64,000 nt of DNA, from assembly GCA_964016885.1 (NCBI GenBank), contig OZ024757.1, forward strand, positions 42,160,001-42,224,000, read 5' to 3'. Positions within the stretch are counted from its first letter, which is position 1. Every line of letters starts with the position of its first letter. The position numbers and the translations under genes are program-made. Below are positions 1-17,909 of the stretch, piece after piece. Below the pieces are notes generated by a model, which saw only the letters and a list, made by a program, of their open reading frames with translations, made no database searches and was not told the origin of the DNA. This DNA comes from Eledone cirrhosa. Its lineage: Eukaryota.

Positions 1-303
1 AGGTGGGTGAAAGTGGCGAGAATGGCCTGTGTGAATGGGCCTTCACTCTACATCAGACTATAGGTGAGGAAGATGAAAGACCAAGGGAGCACCCCTTCTC
101 TGTGCTCCTGAGGAGAAGGGTTGCACACTTTTTTCGGGGGTGTGTGCGACCCCCCAAGGCGTTATAAATTTTATTTTTTGTTATATCTTATTTTATTTTT
201 ATATTTTGTTATTGCCTCCTCCTTATTGAGGACGCCTTTTTGTGTAAACTCCCCCCTTTGTACTTGTCCCACTTTTGATGCCCTAGTGGCAAATAAAAGA
301 AAC
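1..303 (+). mobile_element. 3' end of a non-LTR retrotransposon (possibly L1/Tx1-like) abutting a (TATC)n tract
   Basis: An ORF end (RWVKVARMACVNGPSLYIRL*, 1-63), a 3' UTR with AATAAA and an A-rich end at about 291-303, then a microsatellite. Family assignment is from memory only. Confidence 0.4.
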
Positions 304-620
304 ATATCTATCTATCTGTCTACCTATCTATCTCTCTATCTATCTACCTGTCCTATCTATCATCTATCTACTCTACCTATCTATCTCTCTATCTATCTAC
401 CTGTCTATCTATCATCTATCTATCTACCTGTCTATCTCTCTCTCTATCTATCATCTATCTACTCTCTATCTACTGTCTATCTATCTCTCTATCTACCTGT
501 CTATCTATCTACCTGTCTATCGATCATCTATCTATCTCTCTATCTATTTCCCTGTCTATCTATCATCTATCTACCTATCTCTCTATCTATCATCTATCTA
601 TCTATCTATCATCTATCTCT
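304..620. repeat. Degenerate (TATC)n microsatellite
   Basis: Direct reading. Confidence 0.95.
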
Positions 621-852
621 CTGGTTCTTATATTTTCCCCTCCTCTCTTCTCTAGTTGAAGACAATGTATGTCAACTGCAGTCAGTCTAAAACTGACGTG
701 TGTTATATATATTTACTTTATCTACCATACTGTCTCAACATCTCTCTCTCTCTCACACACACACAGTCTAAACATAGTACTCCCCCCCCCCCCCCATATA
801 TATATACAATCTCTCTATGTCTTGCACCCGCGATCTTCTTGTTCTGTTATAA

Positions 853-891
<39 letters not shown>

Positions 892-959
892 ATTCCCATC
901 GACTCGCTTCACTAAAAATATTTCTCTCTTCAAATTCCCACCAAAACTAAACCACCGAA

Positions 960-1025
960 TGTGATTTACCGAAATAATCGATATTTCCTCGCATAACAAA
1001 CAGTTGTGACATTCTCTGGAACAAA
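960..1025 (+). other. Putative non-coding first exon of DHDDS
   Basis: Donor AAA|GTAAGT at 1025/1026 in a CpG-containing unique patch; the first coding exon has an acceptor at 3674/3675, 17 nt before the ATG. The 5' boundary is a guess. Confidence 0.45.
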
Positions 1026-1080
1026 GTAAGTAGTACTTGCTTTACCATTATTAATAACTGCCCATCTCTCTATCTATATG

Positions 1081-1161
<81 letters not shown>

Positions 1162-2104
1162 ATATATACACACACATAAATATATATGTACATATTATAT
1201 ATATATATTTGAGTCCCGGGTTCAATCGGGGTTAACCACAGTAAGTAAGGTACTCAATACATTAGTAGAATGTAAACATCATGTTTAATATAGAAATAAA
1301 CTGTTTCATTCAAAAGAAATCATCACGTAGAAGCCATTTCTATAAACATGATGTTTGTATATATATATATATATAGTATATATATATATACAAATAAAAT
1401 TATCGAGAGAATCGCAACTTCGGCCCACGAAATAACGAAAAACAATCTCCGAGATGTGTGGCAAAGTGCTCAATGGTTCGGGTGAACCAGAGCTATAACT
1501 AACGTTTATATATATAACTAACGTTTATATATATATATAATTCAGTTCGGATCTAGCTGTTGAAACGACAGGAGCTCAGCCGTTGGTGCCCCGAATTTTT
1601 CATATATATATAATTTCTATCTATCTTTTTGCATGTTTATCTATATATCTATCTACCTATCTAACTTCCGATCTCTCTATCTGATTGTTTATTTAGTCTG
1701 TTTGTTTACTCTATCTCTCCTCATTTCTTTAACTACTCCGAGAGATCGAACGATCGAATCATAACGTGGATGTGTGTCTATCTACCCAAGGTATAAGATA
1801 ACGAACACAACCTTCGTTTCTTTTCAATATTTTGGGGGCAATGGGGTGTATTTTCTTGGAGTGGAGGGTAGGTGTGTTGTGACGTGTCATGTTGCTACTA
1901 TGATAGATTCAATAATGTTTGCTTGTTAATGTCGTCTATATATATATATATTATATTATATATTCTACTGTGTTTACTGTAATATTAACACACAACCATT
2001 CAACAAGGGATAACAAACTTTCTCACCAACGAAACTGTGGTCACTTAACCTGAGCACCTGCTGCTAGAAATAGCAGCTACCGTCATTTTGATTTTCTTGT
2101 ACCC

Positions 2105-2475
2105 AATCTGTATACACCCTAGTCTATATACACCCTAGATTATATACACCCTAGTCTATACACACTCTGGATTAAATACACCCTAGTCTATATATATATA
2201 TCATAGTCTGTATACACCCAAATCTTTATACACACCAGATTATACACATCACAGTCTGTATACACGCAAGTCTATAAAAACAATAGTTTATGTAACACCG
2301 TATTTTATATATACAATAGTTAATATACATCATAGTTTATTTATACCCTAGATTATATACACCACAGTCTGTATACACCCAAGTCTATAAAACCAATAGT
2401 TTATGTAACACCGTATTTTATATACACCCTAATCTATATACACCCAAGTCTATATACACCCTAGTTTATATATAT
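2105..2475. repeat. Minisatellite, about 19-20 bp unit (TATATACACCCTAGTC-like)
   Basis: Direct reading; diverged tandem copies. Confidence 0.85.
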
Positions 2476-2906
2476 ACTATATTTACAGCAATAACAAAAT
2501 CACCGCGTAAGCTGGAAACTATGGTAACATCTACATGGTAACTCGGCCTGCTGAAAATAGCAGCCATATCTCACTTAGATTTTACCATGTCGTCTAGTAT
2601 AAACAAAAGCTACATTTATTTATTTATTCAATTTTAACGTCCGTATAGAGCTAGTAAGCCACGACAGACTAGGGGGAGTATCGAGTACTCCTTTACAGTT
2701 GCTAATCACATTATATACAGTGTACACAATACGTGACCGCCACGGATGGAATGTTTTTAATTATAGGTTTATTAGGACATCGTAGACGTAGCTAAACAAA
2801 AAACTGCAGCAATATAGCAAAGTTTAAATAAACTCCGTAAAACAGAATGTGTTTTAATTGGAACTAATTGACACCATTGTTCCAATAATGATGGCAATAG
2901 TGTTGG

Positions 2907-3002
<96 letters not shown>

Positions 3003-3691
3003 ATGTATGTATATATGTCATCATCATCGTTTAACGTCTATTTTCCACGCTAGCATGGGTTAGACGTATATGTGCATATATATATATGTATGTCTGTATT
3101 TGTAAATTTCAGAGAGTTACACAAAGTATATATGTATATATATATATATATACAAATACACATGACATTTTATTTTAGTTCATATTTACTGTATAAATTC
3201 AAGGAAGCCCTGGAAAATTATTTTATCTCTCAATCTCAAAATTTATAATGGAAGGGAGGTAACTGCATTAAAGTGTCATACAAAATTTGTGTTTTTCGTT
3301 GATTTTTCTTTTTCGAATTTTGTTGAAATTGTAATGAAATAAATTATAATTTTGTTTTCCTATTAACAAAAATTAAAACATTAAGCATTGCCCCCCCCCC
3401 CCCATTAAGAGAAAAAGAATGGTTCTTGTAGGTACATCTTTGATTACAGATCTGCTGGATCATGTCTTACTATGGTCTGTTTGTCTTCCTTCAGTAACCT
3501 CTGTTGTGAGATATTTCTTTCACTGCCATTACAACTGTTGTGTGGTTCTTGTCTAATAGTAGTGATGTATTGTGAGGTGTTTGTCTAACAGTTGTGGGGT
3601 GTTGTGAGGAACTTGTATCACCATCTCGACCCAAACCTTCTTTGTTTGAAGTTTTATTCTTCCCTCTCCTCTAGAGACCAGAATAAACCAG

Positions 3692-9035
<5,344 letters not shown>

Positions 9036-9324
9036 AATTAATTGTGTTTAAAGACCAGAAAAAGATTCTTTGAAGGATTATTATTTTATCTCTATTTTCT
9101 GTTTCAATAAATGACTATGAAATGTTTTTAAAGTTCTAATAAGAAGCAATAAACAGAGACATTATCTCACAAACACACTTTGTGAATAACATTTACCAAA
9201 TACAATATCATTGTTGTTATTACATAAAATAAAGCACCAGTTATGTACTGGGGAACAATTAATCGACTTTTCTCTTCCCTTCAAATTACTGGCTTTGTGC
9301 CAAATGTAGAAAGTTATTATTATA

Positions 9325-9535
9325 ATTGGCAGAATCAGTAGAGCGTCGGACAACATGCTTTGTAGCATAGAGTCTTGGCCCTTTATGTTCTGAGTTCAAA
9401 TCCTGCCGAGGTTAACTTTGCCTTTCATCCTTAAGGAATCGATAAAATAAAGTACCAGTAATGCACTGGAGTCAATTTAATCGACTTTCTCCTCTCCCAA
9501 AATTGTTGGCCTTGTGCCTAAATCAGAAACCATTA
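9325..9535 (+). mobile_element. tRNA-derived SINE, family A
   Basis: TGGCAGAATCAGTAGAGCGTCGG..GAGTTCAAATCC..GCCTTTCATCC..CGATAAAATAAAGTACCAG. Copies at about 12410-12540, 14908-15010, 20258-20365(-), 26775-26960, 37785-37980(-), 48805-48990, 51108-51320. Confidence 0.88.
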
Positions 9536-9632
9536 TTTTATTGTTAGGATGGTGGATTGGCAGACTCGGTAGAGCTTCAGACAATGCTTTGTGGCATATA
9601 GTTACATCCCTGAGTTCAAACAAATAATAGAC

Positions 9633-11357
9633 TTAAGTTTCAGTCTCGAAAATATTTTTTGGGATGTTTTTCACTTTGACTATTTGGTCCATATTCAAGA
9701 GTTGAATCACAACTTGAATGGAAGCTTGTAAGACATAAAACTCTGTGTATAATGGTAACCAGCTTCCTTCCTTGAAGAACTCCTCACAATCGCTGGTTTT
9801 CATGTTTATCTCACCAGACTTTAGAAAGCAATTCTGGTTTCGAATTGGACTTCGTTTTTGTGAAGTACAAACTTTCCTGCAGATATGTCTGAATGTATTT
9901 TCAAGAATTTCCCATGGAACACAACCATTATTATTATTATTATTAGATATATTCTTAAAAATCCTTTCCTGACAATATTGTAACATTTTTGTTTGGAAAG
10001 TCATGGCAGGAATGGTAAGAATATCAGGAGGAGAAACTAAAAGAGTTACATTGAAGTTTGTATTTGTATTATTATTTTCATGGTCAAATGTCAGTGTTTG
10101 GAATGTTTCAAAACACATTTGAAGAGATTTCAAACATTTAATGATTTGTTGGGTTAAACTGTGAGCCATACTTAATGTCGGTGCTGCTAGAACAAGACTA
10201 GAAGAGACATCGACCAAAAGTGGACAAGATGGCATTACTTGAAGATACATGGAGCCATTTACAACAGTCCTGTTCTGTAAAGTAAAAGAAATAACCGAAC
10301 TCTCACATATAGAATCTCTAATACATGAAAGTGGTTGTATTTTGGCGATACTTCTAAAATATTCACAAAATTCTTCAGTTAAATAAGAAATAGTTTTAAT
10401 GTTTTGTTGCTGGAACAAAGTTTCAGCAAATGTTGGTATTTCACCACAACAGCAGACCAGTTTTATGTGGTTTAGTTGGCACTGCTTGATAAAAGCCTCA
10501 CATTGGTGATATTGGAAGGACACCAAAGAACTGAACTCATAAAACTTTGTTATTTCAAATGTAGATTCTGTGGTTTCAGGATCCTCCTTGGATGTTAAGA
10601 AATTCTGTAAAATAACTGAGAAGATCTCTTCATTGGAAGGTAGAGTCAGGCCTGATCTTCCTTCACATGGTATAAGTATTCCAGGTAGAACTTTTGAAGA
10701 ACTGTAAGAATGTCCAATGTCTTTGTGAACTAATATATCAAAGTGTTTAAGTGTCATGTCAATGGCTTGAGGTAAAGATTCGGTCTTTTGGACATGAGAG
10801 CTTAGAAAATCAATGAGTAGAGAAGATAAATAAAAAGATTCTTTTTCAGGAAAAGAACTCACTAAAACTGATCTGCCAACTTGTTTCAAATGGTGACAGC
10901 TGAGTGGAAAGTTAGAAGAATCAACAAAGCTATCAGGACAAAAATGTTTCCTGAATTGAAATTCTGTTATTAAATGTTTAAAGTTTCTTAAACCTAGAGA
11001 TATTTTGTGAGTATTTTCTCTGAACCAATTGCCATTTGTCTGTGAGAGAGTGTTGATATGTTGTTCAACGGATCTTGTTAATTCAGATATATACAGAATA
11101 AATAACTTACTACCATCTCCTGTCACAGAGTGTGTATTCTGGAGAGAATTTACCACAAACCTTGCGATCGGATGAGAAAACTGCAATGTGTTAAGTATGT
11201 CGATGCCATCGCTGACAAACTGGACTGATCCGGTTGAAGTGGTGAAAAGAGTCTTTTGACACATTGGACCTATGGAACTTACACAGATATCTGACAGGGA
11301 TGAAACTATTCGAACAATATCTGGCAGAGTAACTTCACTGGAGTGTATAGCAGTCAT
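9633..11357 (-). CDS. BBS10: Bardet-Biedl syndrome 10 chaperonin-like protein, single coding exon, 574 aa
   Basis: N-terminus CVSSIGP..KTLFTTSTG..LQFSHPIARFVV..HSVTGDGSKLFILYI resembles recalled human BBS10 (VSCCVGPEG..LHLEHPIARMIV..TGDGAKTFIIFL); C-terminus IQLLNMDQIVKVK. Acceptor TAG at 11417-11419 and ATG at 11357; the longer ORF-track start is intronic. Confidence 0.9.
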   Translation of the reverse strand: MTAIHSSEVTLPDIVRIVSSLSDICVSSIGPMCQKTLFTTSTGSVQFVSDGIDILNTLQFSHPIARFVVNSLQNTHSVTGDGSKLFILYISELTRSVEQHINTLSQTNGNWFRENTHKISLGLRNFKHLITEFQFRKHFCPDSFVDSSNFPLSCHHLKQVGRSVLVSSFPEKESFYLSSLLIDFLSSHVQKTESLPQAIDMTLKHFDILVHKDIGHSYSSSKVLPGILIPCEGRSGLTLPSNEEIFSVILQNFLTSKEDPETTESTFEITKFYEFSSLVSFQYHQCEAFIKQCQLNHIKLVCCCGEIPTFAETLFQQQNIKTISYLTEEFCEYFRSIAKIQPLSCIRDSICESSVISFTLQNRTVVNGSMYLQVMPSCPLLVDVSSSLVLAAPTLSMAHSLTQQIIKCLKSLQMCFETFQTLTFDHENNNTNTNFNVTLLVSPPDILTIPAMTFQTKMLQYCQERIFKNISNNNNNNGCVPWEILENTFRHICRKVCTSQKRSPIRNQNCFLKSGEINMKTSDCEEFFKEGSWLPLYTEFYVLQASIQVVIQLLNMDQIVKVKNIPKNIFETET

Positions 11358-11624
11358 TTCACAGTCTGGGATATTTCTTGCAGGGTTTTTTTTACACTGA
11401 GATTGGATTGTAACCACTAGGGGTGAAAAACAAAAACAGAAATATAATGTGGAATGTGATATAAGGCTAAACAATGTGGAACAAACTCCCTGCATCAGTT
11501 GTTAGCTGTCATGACACTGCATCCTTTAAAACCTCCATGGAACAAACTACCTGCATCAGTTGTTAGCTGTCGAGACACCACATCTTTTAAAACCTCTCCA
11601 TACACACGCACACATGTATATCAT

Positions 11625-11740
11625 AACTCACACACTATTCACTTCCCTGACATTTGTACATTATTCTATGTACCATACAAGCACCTTTCATGAATTGTCA
11701 TGCACCTGAGCACTGTACAGAATAATTTCATTATTATTAA
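11625..11740 (+). repeat. Dispersed LINE/SINE-like 3' tail with stem-loop (GTAGTGC-ACCTGA-GCACTG) and (ATT)n end
   Basis: Recurs at about 12555, 21220, 21410, 27110, 29742, 34920, 58738. Confidence 0.7.
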
Positions 11741-12108
11741 AATGGACAATAAGATGAAGGTAACAAAAAAGTAAGTTACCTGGTAATCTTTGTTTTGTTG
11801 TTGCTGTTGTTTCTTCTGTCTTGATATTTTGGGACTTAAAATTCCCTTCTTCAGAGTTTAAGGTACAGTCAGAAAAACAGAAAATATATATTTCAGAATA
11901 TGTTAGTTGAGTTGTCAGTTTTGAAAGCATTATGATAATATTATTAAAATTCAGAAGTTCAGATAATGTATATAATGGAATAACAGTATTTTATAGTCAA
12001 CATTTTCTGTTTTAAAAGATTTACATCAATGTGTATATAATATATACCGTCCAGTTAAGGGTATATAGTTTGTATACACACGCACACACACACACACATA
12101 TATTCCCA

Positions 12109-12211
12109 TACAGGGTGTCCTAAAAAATGTATACAAAAAGGGTGTGCATTCTAATAAATATTGCCTGTACAAATGATCAAAGTGTGTATACATTTTTGGG
12201 GACACCCTGTA
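12109..12211. mobile_element. Tc1/mariner-type MITE (TA|CAGGGTGTCC..GGACACCCTG|TA)
   Basis: TIRs with TA target site. Copies at about 24925-25155, 31068-31155, 32318-32442, 59528-59608, 60437-60520. Confidence 0.8.
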
Positions 12212-12924
12212 TATACGCACGCATGTGTGTGTCTGTGTGTATATCATGACACATACACTGTTAACTTTCCTGACTTCTGTACATTATATGTACTATACAT
12301 GCCTTTCATCCTTACGGGGTCGATAAAATAAAGTACCAGTAATGCACTGGGTAATTGCTGGCCTTGTGCCTAAAATAGAAACAATTATATGTACTATACA
12401 TGCATAGTTACGTCCCTTTACGATCTGAGTTCAAATCCCGCCGAGGTTGACTTTGCCTTTCATCCTTACGGGGTCGATAAAATAAAGTACCAGTAATGCA
12501 CTGGGTAATTGCTGGCCTTGTGCCTAAAGTAGAAACAATTATATGTACTATACATGCACCTTTGATGAGTTGTAGTGCACCTGAGCATAAAGCCATTACC
12601 GCGGAAATACAATAGTAAATATAGAGTAATGGAAATGGTAAAGGATTAATGTAACTTCTGTTCTTGCTTCTCTGCAGTCCCAAGAACCGAATCTCGCACC
12701 CAAAGCGGGGTGACGGCACACCAGGTTAATAACCACTGGTCTAATGTGTCTGTCTTATTTTAATACGTGAGCGATTTAATGGATATTTGGCTGCTATTTC
12801 TAACAAGCCAATTAACCATGTAGAGGCCTCGCTGTTGACACGAACTTCGTTGTTATTGACAACATAACAACTCAATTGGAAATATGTTTGGATTCATTTG
12901 AAAAAAGTACATTGAAAAACTTAC

Positions 12925-13060
12925 AGTTTTCTATTTGAGTCAAATGAAATTATAGGAGGTGTTCCACCTAAAGTTGTCTTTCTCAACTTTTTAACCATAA
13001 TTTGGCAGCTTTAAACCCGTCCGCCGTATTCATGTAGACAATGGCTGCCATGAAACAACA
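12925..13060 (-). other. Putative non-coding first exon/promoter of BBS10, with upstream ATGs
   Basis: Minus-strand donor GTAAGT at 12919-12924 in a unique CpG-containing patch; imperfect RFX X-box-like GCTGCCATGAAAC near 13044-13056. Confidence 0.4.
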
Positions 13061-13394
13061 GGAGGTAGCAGTTACCCCCCTTCTTTCTCCTCTACTTTTC
13101 ATCATTCGTCTTCCACAGATTCCATCAAAGTTTGTTCGAATTTCATACAAAGGTTATTTAGCTCCCGGAGTATTTAGCTCCTCCCGGAGCATGTCAACAT
13201 GTAGTTTAAACCTTTCTCTCCCATAAAATAGCAGAGTTCTGGGGTTATTTATATAAAGACGGCCCTGTTGCGGAGAGAGCGGGGCCCTTATTTTAGTGAG
13301 ACGAAAGGTGTACCCGGCAACGACGGGCACTTTTGCTAGTATAGTACAGTATAGTATAGTATAGTACAGTATAGTATAGTATAGTATATATATA

Positions 13395-13725
13395 CAGTGA
13401 CGGACCGGCCAGGTTGCCCTATGGCAAGTAGTCCCCAGGGGCCCCACGTTAGCTTTGCAGAAACCCGCAGTAGCATTGCAGGGGCCCACAGTAGCATTGC
13501 TGGGCCCACTATAGTATTTTAGGCACCAATGTTTTGCTTTCAAAAAATACCTGAAGTCTAAGAGAAAGGAAAATTTTTTTTTATGAATAAATAAAACAAT
13601 TAAGCAAAGTATTTGGTCAACCCCAGGGAATTAATAGAAACCAAAATATACGATAGTGCAAATAGCTGGAATCATTGGTTTTACATTCTACTAAATCTAA
13701 AGTTTAGTGTATTCATTCAGGCATA
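13395..13725 (+). mobile_element. hAT-like non-autonomous element end (CAGTG(G/A)CGGA terminus)
   Basis: Inverted homologous copy at about 27345-27610; GGGCCC subterminal repeats. Confidence 0.6.
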
Positions 13726-13790
13726 CATAGACAGACAGACACACACACATATATATACTTACATATACACACGAACGACAAGATTCTGTA

Positions 13791-14065
13791 TTGAAAATAG
13801 GTTTATAAGTATAAATTTTCGTAGTTGCCTTTGTGGCCTAGCGGTAGGTACTAGAAACGGTGGAGATCTTAGTTGAGAAGTACATGTAATCATTTTCAGT
13901 TTAAACATCCCATAGAAAAAAACTGAAAAGATTTACCGGAAACCCTACTCCCGACCAGGATCGAACTTCAGACCAGAATCACCACCCTCTATGATTCTTC
14001 CCACTAGACCATCAAATCATCAACAAAAATATAATGAAAATTGATAATTATAAACCTACTTTCAA
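13791..14065. mobile_element. Degenerate palindromic element with two convergent tRNA-like heads (copy A)
   Basis: Inverted TTGAAA(A/G)TAGGTTTATAA ends; homologous in reverse to 27887-28196. Confidence 0.65.
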
Positions 14066-14241
14066 AGTTAAAAAGACGTGGTGACGTACCTTCAAGAAAC
14101 TTCTGGTAAATGAAATAATTATCTTATATTGTTTATTACATAACTAATAAGCTCTGTAGCCTACATAGAGCATTCTTTTTTCCTGTACCTTTCCGACGGA
14201 AATACTTCATATATATATATTATTTATATATATATATATTA

Positions 14242-14351
<110 letters not shown>

Positions 14352-14413
14352 TTCATATATATATATTATTTATATATATATATATTATTCATATATATAT
14401 ATATATATTATTC

Positions 14414-14445
<32 letters not shown>

Positions 14446-14811
14446 GTAAGTATATATAGACTCGTAAAGCAAAATTTATTATTAGTACAGATTAAAGTTT
14501 AAGCAAAGAATTTCTGCTTTGCCCAAAAAACCGGGATCTTCTGAAACTCATATATATATATATATATATATGAGTTTCAGAAGATCCCGGTTTTAGTCTT
14601 CTCAGTTATTATTACTATATATATATAGGAAAAGAGTCTGGACCCCGACGGCTGAGTTCCCGTCGTTTCGAAGATTAGATCCTGTCAAAACGGCCGGAGC
14701 TCAGCCGTCAGGATCCTGCCTCTTTTCCTATTACAAACTCTACTACCCTAAGTATCGAGTACTCTCGTGAGTTATGGTCCACCTGGTTCCTGACCACACT
14801 TTCTTCGTTAT

Positions 14812-14869
<58 letters not shown>

Positions 14870-15703
14870 TGAGAGAAACGTGTGTTCGTAACATTATTGT
14901 TTCACCACGCCGAGGTTAACTTTGCCTTTCATCCTTACGGGGTCGATAAAATAAAGTACCAGTAATGCACTGAGGTAATTGCTGGCCTTGTGCCAAAAGT
15001 AGAAGCAATTATTTCACTCTCACCTCTCTCTCTCTCTCTATATATATATATAGTTATGTAATATATATATATATAAAATCTCTCACACTCGCTACGCTCT
15101 CTCTTAGTGTTATTCTTTTACTCTCACTCCCCTCTCTATATATAACTTCTCCCACACTAGCTACTCACTCCCTTAACATTAGTATTTTACTCTCTATATA
15201 TATCTACAACTCTCACACTAGCTGCCTCCTCTTTCTTAATATCAGTCTATCTTTTTCACTTAGATCAATTTGTGGTCAAAGGGAGATAATCTGCAGAAAC
15301 TGCCGCCCAACCGAATATTTCACATCATGCTAGAAATAGCAGTCAAATAACAATTCCTAAAATCACAGGAAAAAGACACTGGGAGTTTTTAATAAATGTT
15401 GTCAGCATAATATCTTAAGCAACTAAACCAATAAAAAAATTGTACGGGGATTTGTGAATAGATATATGCTTATATATGTATAAGCATTACACACATACGT
15501 ACGACACACGTTAGCGAAACCAACCAAATTATTATTTCTGGCAATATTACAACAATATGACCCTCCCCAAGTATAACAATATATATATATATATATGTAT
15601 ATTTTATAGTTGAAACAGTAAACAAAAAAACAACAACGTGGAAGTGAAGAGGCAGTACAAAAAGTTAATATTAGTTTCACGCTTGAGAGTATATGTATAT
15701 ATG

Positions 15704-15740
<37 letters not shown>

Positions 15741-15742
15741 GT

Positions 15743-15775
<33 letters not shown>

Positions 15776-15887
15776 TATACTCTCAAGCATGAAACTAATA
15801 TTAACTTTTATATATATATATATATGTTAGAATACTATTAGCTTCTCGCTAAAACAACTTCTATACCTTTCATTTATATATTTAAAT

Positions 15888-16684
15888 ATATAGATTACAC
15901 AAGTATAAAAGTTATGTTTAAAACATTTAATCACTGACAATTGTTTCTTCCAAACTTAAGCTTGGAGTCCTCGGAACATTATTAATGTTTGTACATATAA
16001 TTAACCTCCTATTCAACTGAAGAATCATACAGATACATATATATTTCATGTTTACAGGGTGGAATGGATGCAACATATATTTTACGAGAATTTATCATAA
16101 TGGAATGTCCTCCATCTCACCCTATTGATAAAGGAGTTGACACTATTGATCAATAATTTTTCATATGTATCTTAAGATGGTATTGGTATGTTCTTAGTAG
16201 ACATAGGAAGGTAGTCTTTGATCAGCATACTGGTAATTTAATGTATGTTAGCTCAACAGTATGGAGCAGTTATTATTAACTGCTCCATACTGTTGAGCTA
16301 ACATACCAACATACATTAAATTACCAGTATGCTGATCAAAGACTACCTTCTTATGTCTACTAAGAACATACCAATACCATCTAAAGATACATATGAAAAA
16401 TTATTGATCAATAGTGTCAACTCCTTTATCAATAGGGTGAGATGGAGGACATTCCATTATGATAAATTCTCGTAAAATGTCGCATCCATTCCACCCTGTA
16501 AACATCAAACTGTTGTCCACAACATCAATATATATGTATCTGTATGATTCTCCAGTTGAATAAGAGGTTAATTATATGTACAAACATTAATAATGCTCCG
16601 AGGACTTCAAGCTTAAGTTTGGAAGAAACAATTGTCAGTGATTAAATGTTTTATGCATAACTTTTATACTTGTGTAATCTATAT
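15888..16684. mobile_element. Fold-back palindrome (about 390-400-bp arms) of a Penelope-like element with ORF remnant and hammerhead motif
   Basis: Centre GCAGTTA-TTAT-TAACTGC at about 16266-16283. ORF 16329-16475 MLIKDYLLMSTKNIPIPSKDTYEKLLINSVNSFINRVRWRTFHY resembles the S.KNIPIP..RMRW N-terminal motif I recall from invertebrate Penelope-like ORFs. Confidence 0.8.
16594..16640 (+). ncRNA. Hammerhead-like motif with variant CCGAGGA core (mirror copy minus 15932-15978)
   Basis: TGCT-CCGAGGA-C-TTCAAGC-TTAA-GTTTGGA-A-GAAA-CAATTG-TC-AGTG; palindromic stem III, GUC triplet, weak stem I. Confidence 0.6.
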
Positions 16685-17004
16685 TACTGCTCTGTAAAAC
16701 AACTGATGTTCTTACATTGAGCTATTTCTCTTACTGGTAATAAGGTAGTAATAAATTACTGACCTTCCCTGTTTATAGTTTAGTATATACATAACTATAA
16801 GTAGTATCTTTAATATTATACATATATATATATGAGTTTCAGAAGATCCCAGTTTGGGTGAAGCAGAAATTCTTTGCTTAAACTTTAATCTGTATTAATA
16901 ATAAATTTTGCTCTACGGGTTTATATATACTAAGCGTCAGACACCATGCTTTGCAGCATAGAGTTATGGCTCTTTACGTTCTGAGTTCAAATCCTGCCGA
17001 CTTT

Positions 17005-17150
17005 CTTGTTGGTTTTTCTTTTCCATCCATTCAAGATATTTTGAATATTCTCTGGATGAACCACATTTCAGTGGTGTCCAGTTTCCATGCCATTTTGTAG
17101 CTCATCATCCACCAGTCACAACCATATATGTTTTCTGGACGAGCATTTCT
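17005..17150 (-). mobile_element. RTE-type LINE fragment
   Basis: Minus strand reads ..KLDTTEMWFIQRIFKISWMEKKTN.., typical of the region after the RT domain in RTE elements. Confidence 0.6.
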
Positions 17151-17184
17151 GTTTGTAAATATGATTTTGTTGAAATTAAACCGG

Positions 17185-17775
17185 GCTCATAAATTGGTCT
17201 TTGTAAACAGCTACGGTTGTACCGGGTTAATTATGTGGTCTCTGTAAACAGCTATAGTTATATTGGGCTAATTAAGTAACCTTTGTAAACAGCTACACTG
17301 GGCTAATTAAGTGGCTTTTGTAAACAGCTATGGTATACCGGGCTAATTAAGTGGCCTTTGTAAACAACTACAGCTATACTGGGCTAATTAAGTAACCTTT
17401 GTAAACAGCTACGGTTATACTGGGCTAAATAAGTAACCTTTGTAAACAGCTACAGCTATACTGGACTAATTAAGTAACCTTTGTAAACAGCTACGGTTAT
17501 ACTGGGCTAAATAAGTAACCTTTGTAAACAGCTACAGCTATACTGGACTAATTAAGTGGCCTTTGTAAACAGCTACGGTTATACTGGGCTAAATAAGTAA
17601 CCTTTGTAAACAGCTACAGCTATACTGGACTAATTAAGTAACCTTTGTAAGCAGCTACGGTTATACTGGGCTAAATAAGTAACCTTTGTAAACAGCTACG
17701 GTATACTGGGCTAATTAAGTGGCCTTTGTAAACAACTACAGCTATACTGGGCTGATTAAGTAATCATTGTATGCA
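17185..17775. repeat. 41-bp minisatellite, subfamily 1 (CTTTGTAAACAGCTACGGTTATACTGGGCTAATTAAGTAAC)
   Basis: About 14 tandem diverged copies. Confidence 0.92.
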
Positions 17776-17909
17776 GTTGCAATCACATATGACTAATTAA
17801 ATGGCCTTCGTACCCTGCTGCCACCATACAGGGTTATTGTCATTGCCTGCATCTCTTAGAACTCCATGTAGTTTCTACCCATCATTAAAGGCTAATTTTT
17901 CCTGGTGGG

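Noticed and set aside
11358-11495. 620-aa version of the BBS10 ORF
   Set aside because: The extension crosses a polypyrimidine tract and acceptor at 11417; homology begins near the ATG at 11357.
12555-12590. TTGATGAG-hairpin repeat as a hammerhead
   Set aside because: No GAAA or stems I/III in any of about 8 copies; better explained as a LINE/SINE 3' stem-loop.
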